64,000 nucleotides of DNA from NCBI GenBank assembly GCA_027592025.1, contig JAQCIQ010000009.1, forward strand, positions 14,376 through 78,375, in the 5' to 3' direction. The notes beneath the pieces were generated by a model. It had not been told where the DNA came from, ran no database searches, and saw only the letters and a list, made by a program, of their open reading frames with translations. The position numbers were made by a program, and so were the translations under genes. The stretch is from Bacteroidota bacterium. GTDB taxonomy: Bacteria > Bacteroidota > Bacteroidia > Flavobacteriales > Flavobacteriaceae. Positions 60,077-64,000 of this stretch are shown here, piece by piece (the first letter of the stretch is position 1; each line of letters opens with the position of its first letter).

Positions 60077-60625
60077 TTGATTGACATTATCAATTGTTTG
60101 AAACAAGGAGGCCTCATCCTATACCCTACTGACACCATTTGGGGTATCGGTTGTGATGCCACCAATGCTGATGCGGTAGCCCGAATATACACTCTTAAAA
60201 AACGCATCGAATCTAAAAGCATGATCTGCTTGGTCAGCGACTTAGACATGCTTCAAAAATATGTTGAAGAAGTGCCAACACAGGCTCTTGAGTTAATCGA
60301 AAAAGCCAGCAGACCGACAACAATCGTTTATGACAGTGCTTTGGGATTAGCCAATAATCTTTTAGCCGAAGACGGATCTGTCGGTATTCGAATCGTGAAA
60401 GATGGGTTCAGCCACGAACTTATTAAAAAGTTAGAGGGTCCTTTAGTGTCCACCTCAGCCAATATTAGCGGCATGCCTTCGCCTATTAGATTCAAAGAAA
60501 TTCAACAAGAGATTTTAACAGGCGTTGACTATGTTGTAAATTTGCCGGACTATTCGCAAGAATCATTACCCTCTACGGTGATCAAGGTATCTAAAAATGG
60601 GGGGATTCAAGTCTTAAGAGCTTAA
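60077..60625 (+). CDS. tsaC: L-threonylcarbamoyladenylate synthase (YrdC/TsaC type)
   Basis: GGLILYPTDTIWGIGCDA...VSTSANISG. TTG start; the only nearby ATG (60056) opens a 4-codon ORF. Confidence 0.8.
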   Translation: MIDIINCLKQGGLILYPTDTIWGIGCDATNADAVARIYTLKKRIESKSMICLVSDLDMLQKYVEEVPTQALELIEKASRPTTIVYDSALGLANNLLAEDGSVGIRIVKDGFSHELIKKLEGPLVSTSANISGMPSPIRFKEIQQEILTGVDYVVNLPDYSQESLPSTVIKVSKNGGIQVLRA

Positions 60626-60630
60626 TTCAC

Positions 60631-62055
60631 ATGGCAGATCACAAATCAGCATTGACTCATTCAATCTTTCGTCACATTTCGGAAGCAGCTGAGCAGTTGG
60701 AATATCCAGCTTATGTTATCGGTGGTTTTGTAAGAGACCATTTGATGAACAGGCCTCAAAAGAATGATATTGATATTGTCACGGTCGGAGACGGCATTGC
60801 TTTGGCAAAAGCTGTCGCCGCTTCATTACCAGAAAAACCGAAGGTGTCATATTTTAAAACTTACGGCACAGCCATGATTCATTTTAAAGAATTGGATATT
60901 GAATTTGTTGGTGCGCGAATTGAATCCTATTCCGAAGACAGTCGCAATCCAAGCGTCGTACCAGGCAGTTTAGAAGACGATCAAAATCGTCGAGATTTTA
61001 CGATCAACGCAATGGCATTTGACTTAGGGCGTGAGAAGTTTGGCACGTTAATAGACCCATTTAACGGCCTTCAGGATCTCGAGCAAGGCGTGATTCGCAC
61101 ACCATTAGACCCTGAAACTACTTTTAATGACGATCCTCTTAGAATGATGCGAGCCATAAGATTTGCTGCTCAACTTAACTTTTCAATAGAGGAGAACGCA
61201 ATAGCTGCTATAGCTAAATTTGCTGACAGAATTCAAATCATTTCTGAAGAACGCATCGTAACCGAAATCAACAAAATTTTAGAATCCGAAAAACCGTCAG
61301 TTGGATTTTTACTCCTTGAAGAGACTGGACTATTGGAATACATTTTGCCCGAGTTGACCGCCCTTAAGGGCATAGATGAAATTGAGGGTCAAAAACACAA
61401 AGACAACTTTTACCACACCTTGGAAGTGGTTGACAACATTTGTGAAAATACTAATAATATTTGGCTCAGGTGGGCTGCGTTGCTTCACGACATAGGAAAA
61501 GCTCCCACCAAAAAATTTCACGATCGCGCGGGTTGGACCTTTCACGGTCACGAGTTTGAAGGATCAAAAATGGTGTTTAAATTGTTCAAAAGACTCAAAT
61601 TGCCATTGAATGACAAAATGAAATTTGTACAAAAAATGGTATTTATGAGTTCTAGGCCCATTGCACTGGCTTCGGAAGAAGTTACTGACTCGGCCGTTCG
61701 GCGTTTAGTATTTGATGCAGGAGACTATGTTGAGGATTTGATGATTTTGTGTGAGGCCGATATCACGACTAAAAACAAAAAACGGTTTCGACGATACCAT
61801 GACAATTTTAAAATGGTGCGTCAAAAAATTACCGAAGTTGAAGAACGCGACCACATCAGGAATTTTCAACCGCCTATATCTGGAGAACTGATCATTCAGA
61901 CCTTCGACATCAAACCATCCAGAGAAATTGGGATAATTAAAGAAGCCATCAAAGAAGCTATTTTAGAAGGTGAAATCCTCAATGAGTTTGATGCGGCTTA
62001 CAACAAAATGCTGGAACTGGGTCAAGCCCTTGGCCTTAAAGCTCCAGTTAAATAA
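60631..62055 (+). CDS. cca: CCA tRNA nucleotidyltransferase / poly(A) polymerase family with HD domain
   Basis: VIGGFVRDHLMNR..NDIDIV, RRDFTINAMA, DPLRMMRAIRF and the HD region LLHDIGK. Confidence 0.8.
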   Translation: MADHKSALTHSIFRHISEAAEQLEYPAYVIGGFVRDHLMNRPQKNDIDIVTVGDGIALAKAVAASLPEKPKVSYFKTYGTAMIHFKELDIEFVGARIESYSEDSRNPSVVPGSLEDDQNRRDFTINAMAFDLGREKFGTLIDPFNGLQDLEQGVIRTPLDPETTFNDDPLRMMRAIRFAAQLNFSIEENAIAAIAKFADRIQIISEERIVTEINKILESEKPSVGFLLLEETGLLEYILPELTALKGIDEIEGQKHKDNFYHTLEVVDNICENTNNIWLRWAALLHDIGKAPTKKFHDRAGWTFHGHEFEGSKMVFKLFKRLKLPLNDKMKFVQKMVFMSSRPIALASEEVTDSAVRRLVFDAGDYVEDLMILCEADITTKNKKRFRRYHDNFKMVRQKITEVEERDHIRNFQPPISGELIIQTFDIKPSREIGIIKEAIKEAILEGEILNEFDAAYNKMLELGQALGLKAPVK

Positions 62056-62064
62056 TCATAACCT

Positions 62065-63093
62065 ATGACCCAATTGTTTCATCAAACCGCAAAAATAGCT
62101 CTGATATTGATTTATCTGGTCATTCTAGCAGGAGCTGTAGTTCGTATGACTGGTTCTGGTATGGGCTGCCCAGATTGGCCCAAATGTTTTGGGTATTATA
62201 TCCCACCAACAGAAGCGAGTGCCTTGCAGTTCAAGCCTGATCACCATTATTCAAAAGGACATATTATTATTTTGAACGATTCTCTTTGGGTCGCCAAAAA
62301 GGACTTTACTTCTTCGGAGTCCATTTCACTTGAGCAGTGGAGCCCTTACACCACTCATGACTACTCAACTTATAATCCGCTTCACACATGGGTAGAGTAC
62401 ATTAACCGTCTTCTGGGCGCTTTGTCTGGTATACCTATCCTGATCTTGACTTTTTTGTCTCTTAAACGTTGGAAAATCAACCGCTGGAATACTGTCGTAG
62501 GAATTCTAACGTTAATTGGAATTGGCTTCCAGGCTTGGTTAGGAAAAACTGTCGTGGATTCGAACTTAGCTCCACATAAAATTACCATACACATGGTTAT
62601 GGCTCTTGTCATTGTTGCTTTTTTGATCTATCAAATCACAAGTTCAAACGACCAGTTCATAAAAATCGAAAAGGATCAAACGTTCAAATACTTAGTGCTT
62701 TTCACACTGACCTTATCCTTAGTTCAAATCGTTTTGGGCACTCAAGTCAGACAATTTGTTGATACCCAAATCAAGAGTTTAGGAGACAACCCTGCTCTTT
62801 GGATGTCAAAACCTCTTGTAAATTTTTATTGGCACAGATCGATGTCAATTCTAATATTACTTACCAATATTGGTGTCTTTTGGAGAAATCGATCAAAAAA
62901 TTTGCCCTTCAAAAGTATCACGCTTTGGATACTATTGATGATTGGCATTGAGGTGCTTTCAGGTATTTTAATGTATTATTTCGATTTCCCCTTCTCCACT
63001 CAACCCATTCATTTAATGATGGCTACAATTTTGTTTGGATTGCAATTCTATCTTTGGATGACCTACAAAAAACAAACTCAGCATGATTTATAG
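62065..63093 (+). CDS. ctaA: Heme A synthase (COX15/CtaA family)
   Basis: VRMTGSGMGCPDWPKCFG, a polytopic protein with conserved His in the TM helices, 342 aa. Confidence 0.85.
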   Translation: MTQLFHQTAKIALILIYLVILAGAVVRMTGSGMGCPDWPKCFGYYIPPTEASALQFKPDHHYSKGHIIILNDSLWVAKKDFTSSESISLEQWSPYTTHDYSTYNPLHTWVEYINRLLGALSGIPILILTFLSLKRWKINRWNTVVGILTLIGIGFQAWLGKTVVDSNLAPHKITIHMVMALVIVAFLIYQITSSNDQFIKIEKDQTFKYLVLFTLTLSLVQIVLGTQVRQFVDTQIKSLGDNPALWMSKPLVNFYWHRSMSILILLTNIGVFWRNRSKNLPFKSITLWILLMIGIEVLSGILMYYFDFPFSTQPIHLMMATILFGLQFYLWMTYKKQTQHDL

Positions 63094-63613
63094 ATTTCGC
63101 ATCATTCTTGACCATCATGGAGAATCGGACATCTTTAGAGATATTGAACTCCGTAATACGGATACGTTTGAAGACTTTCACAACGCCATTGTGCAAGCTT
63201 TTGGTTTTGACGGAACTGAAATGGCATCCTTTTACGTAAGCGATGACCTATGGGAACAAGGTGAGGAAATTTCGTTGTTCGATTTGGGCGAAGGTGAATC
63301 GGCGTCTAGAAATATGGCAACAACACAAATTCAAGACCTTGTGGATGGCAACCAAAACAAGCTCATCTATATTTATGATTTTCTGAACATGTGGACCTTT
63401 CTGGTAGAGTTGTCCGAAATATTGAACGAAACAGACGGGTCAGATTACCCCAAATTGCTATTTGCACATGGTCAGATGCCAGAGTCAGCACCTGAAAAGG
63501 AATTCGAGACTGAGGGATCACTTGGATTAAACGGTTTTGAAGAAGAGGAAGATGAGGATGGATATGACGAGGAAGATTATGACAGTTATGACTCTTCCAA
63601 TGATTGGTATTAA
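63083..63613 (+). CDS. pRiA4b ORF-3-like domain protein with a poly-acidic tail
   Basis: IYRFRIILDHHGESDIFRDIELRNTDTFEDFHNAIVQAFGFDGTEMASFYV resembles the PF07929-type pattern from memory. C-terminus EEEEDEDGYDEEDYDSYDSSNDWY. It overlaps ctaA by 11 nt. Confidence 0.4.
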   Translation: MIYRFRIILDHHGESDIFRDIELRNTDTFEDFHNAIVQAFGFDGTEMASFYVSDDLWEQGEEISLFDLGEGESASRNMATTQIQDLVDGNQNKLIYIYDFLNMWTFLVELSEILNETDGSDYPKLLFAHGQMPESAPEKEFETEGSLGLNGFEEEEDEDGYDEEDYDSYDSSNDWY

Positions 63614-63652
63614 TTTTATGTAACAAATGACCGAATCTAACGTCTTAGATGT

Positions 63653-64000
63653 ATGCCGAAAATCTTAGATATTCAAAATCTCTCCAAATGGTTTGGCTCT
63701 CAAATCGCTGTAAATAATATTTCCTTCAGCATTGAAAAGGGACACGTCTATGGCATCTTAGGCCCCAACGGCAGTGGAAAATCTACTACCTTAGGCATGG
63801 TTCTCAATGTGGTTAATCCAACATCAGGAAGTTTTAAATGGTTTGAAGGCTCTATCAATACGCATCAAGCCCTCAAAAAAGTAGGGGCTATTATCGAGCG
63901 GCCCAACTTTTACCCCTACATGACTGCTGAGCAAAACTTGAAACTTGTCTGTCAAATTAAGGGCACATCTTTTGCAAGAATTGATAAAGTCCTTGAAATT
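63653..64000 (+). CDS. ABC transporter ATP-binding protein (3' end outside window)
   Basis: Not in the ORF track because it is open-ended. My translation from the ATG at 63653 is MPKILDIQNLSKWFGSQIAVNNISFSIEKGHVYGILGPNGSGKSTTLGMV..., which includes Walker A. The frame is open to base 64000. Confidence 0.8.
   Translation, partial: MPKILDIQNLSKWFGSQIAVNNISFSIEKGHVYGILGPNGSGKSTTLGMVLNVVNPTSGSFKWFEGSINTHQALKKVGAIIERPNFYPYMTAEQNLKLVCQIKGTSFARIDKVLEI

Noticed and set aside
59956-60249. A 97-aa minus-strand ORF overlapping the tsaC 5' region.
   Set aside because: It runs antisense to the conserved YrdC motif region and through the divergent promoter spacer, and has no motifs of its own.
1-64000. 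A search for CRISPR arrays, rRNA, IS elements, prophage genes and toxin-antitoxin or restriction-type defence genes.
   Set aside because: No spaced direct-repeat arrays, transposase or integrase motifs, or recognisable defence-gene motifs were seen on either strand. The window reads as core chromosome.

Overview
This window looks like a gene-dense chromosomal core region of a Bacteroidota (Flavobacteriia-like) genome. The taxon call rests on three things: Bacteroidota-typical gene families (long NusB, DUF1573, DUF3276, PorV/PorQ-like, DUF4105), the nusB-DUF1573-yajC and PPIase-MoxR synteny, and exact TAnnTTTG -7 promoter boxes upstream of many operons. I call about 66 protein genes and two tRNAs (Lys-UUU, Leu-GAG). 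I found no rRNA, CRISPR array, transposase, integrase or prophage. Recognisable blocks are:
- a zeaxanthin-type carotenoid cluster (crtI-crtB-crtZ plus a lycopene-cyclase-domain gene) behind a decayed MerR stub
- a periplasmic PPIase/chaperone operon ending in MoxR
- guaB, pyrD, pepT, recQ, secA and meaB
- kpsF-tatC-lptB
- an LPS/LOS-core-like glycosyltransferase cluster

The best candidates for undescribed biology are:
1. a three-gene operon, 15931-18171, encoding a porin-like barrel, a secreted FMN-binding protein and a 4-TM protein. It may be an envelope flavin redox module without any of the usual partners.
2. an unassignable 338-aa protein, 58965-59981, translationally coupled into the glycan cluster and carrying sialyltransferase-like short motifs.
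3. a PorV/PorQ-like plus DUF4105 (Lnb-like) gene pair.

Other points of interest are a T10 tract in a TTG-initiated glycosyltransferase, a cyclophilin-FKBP fusion, decayed regulator and methyltransferase stubs, and repeated 3'-end overlaps of convergent genes. All family calls come from reading motifs by eye. No database search was run.
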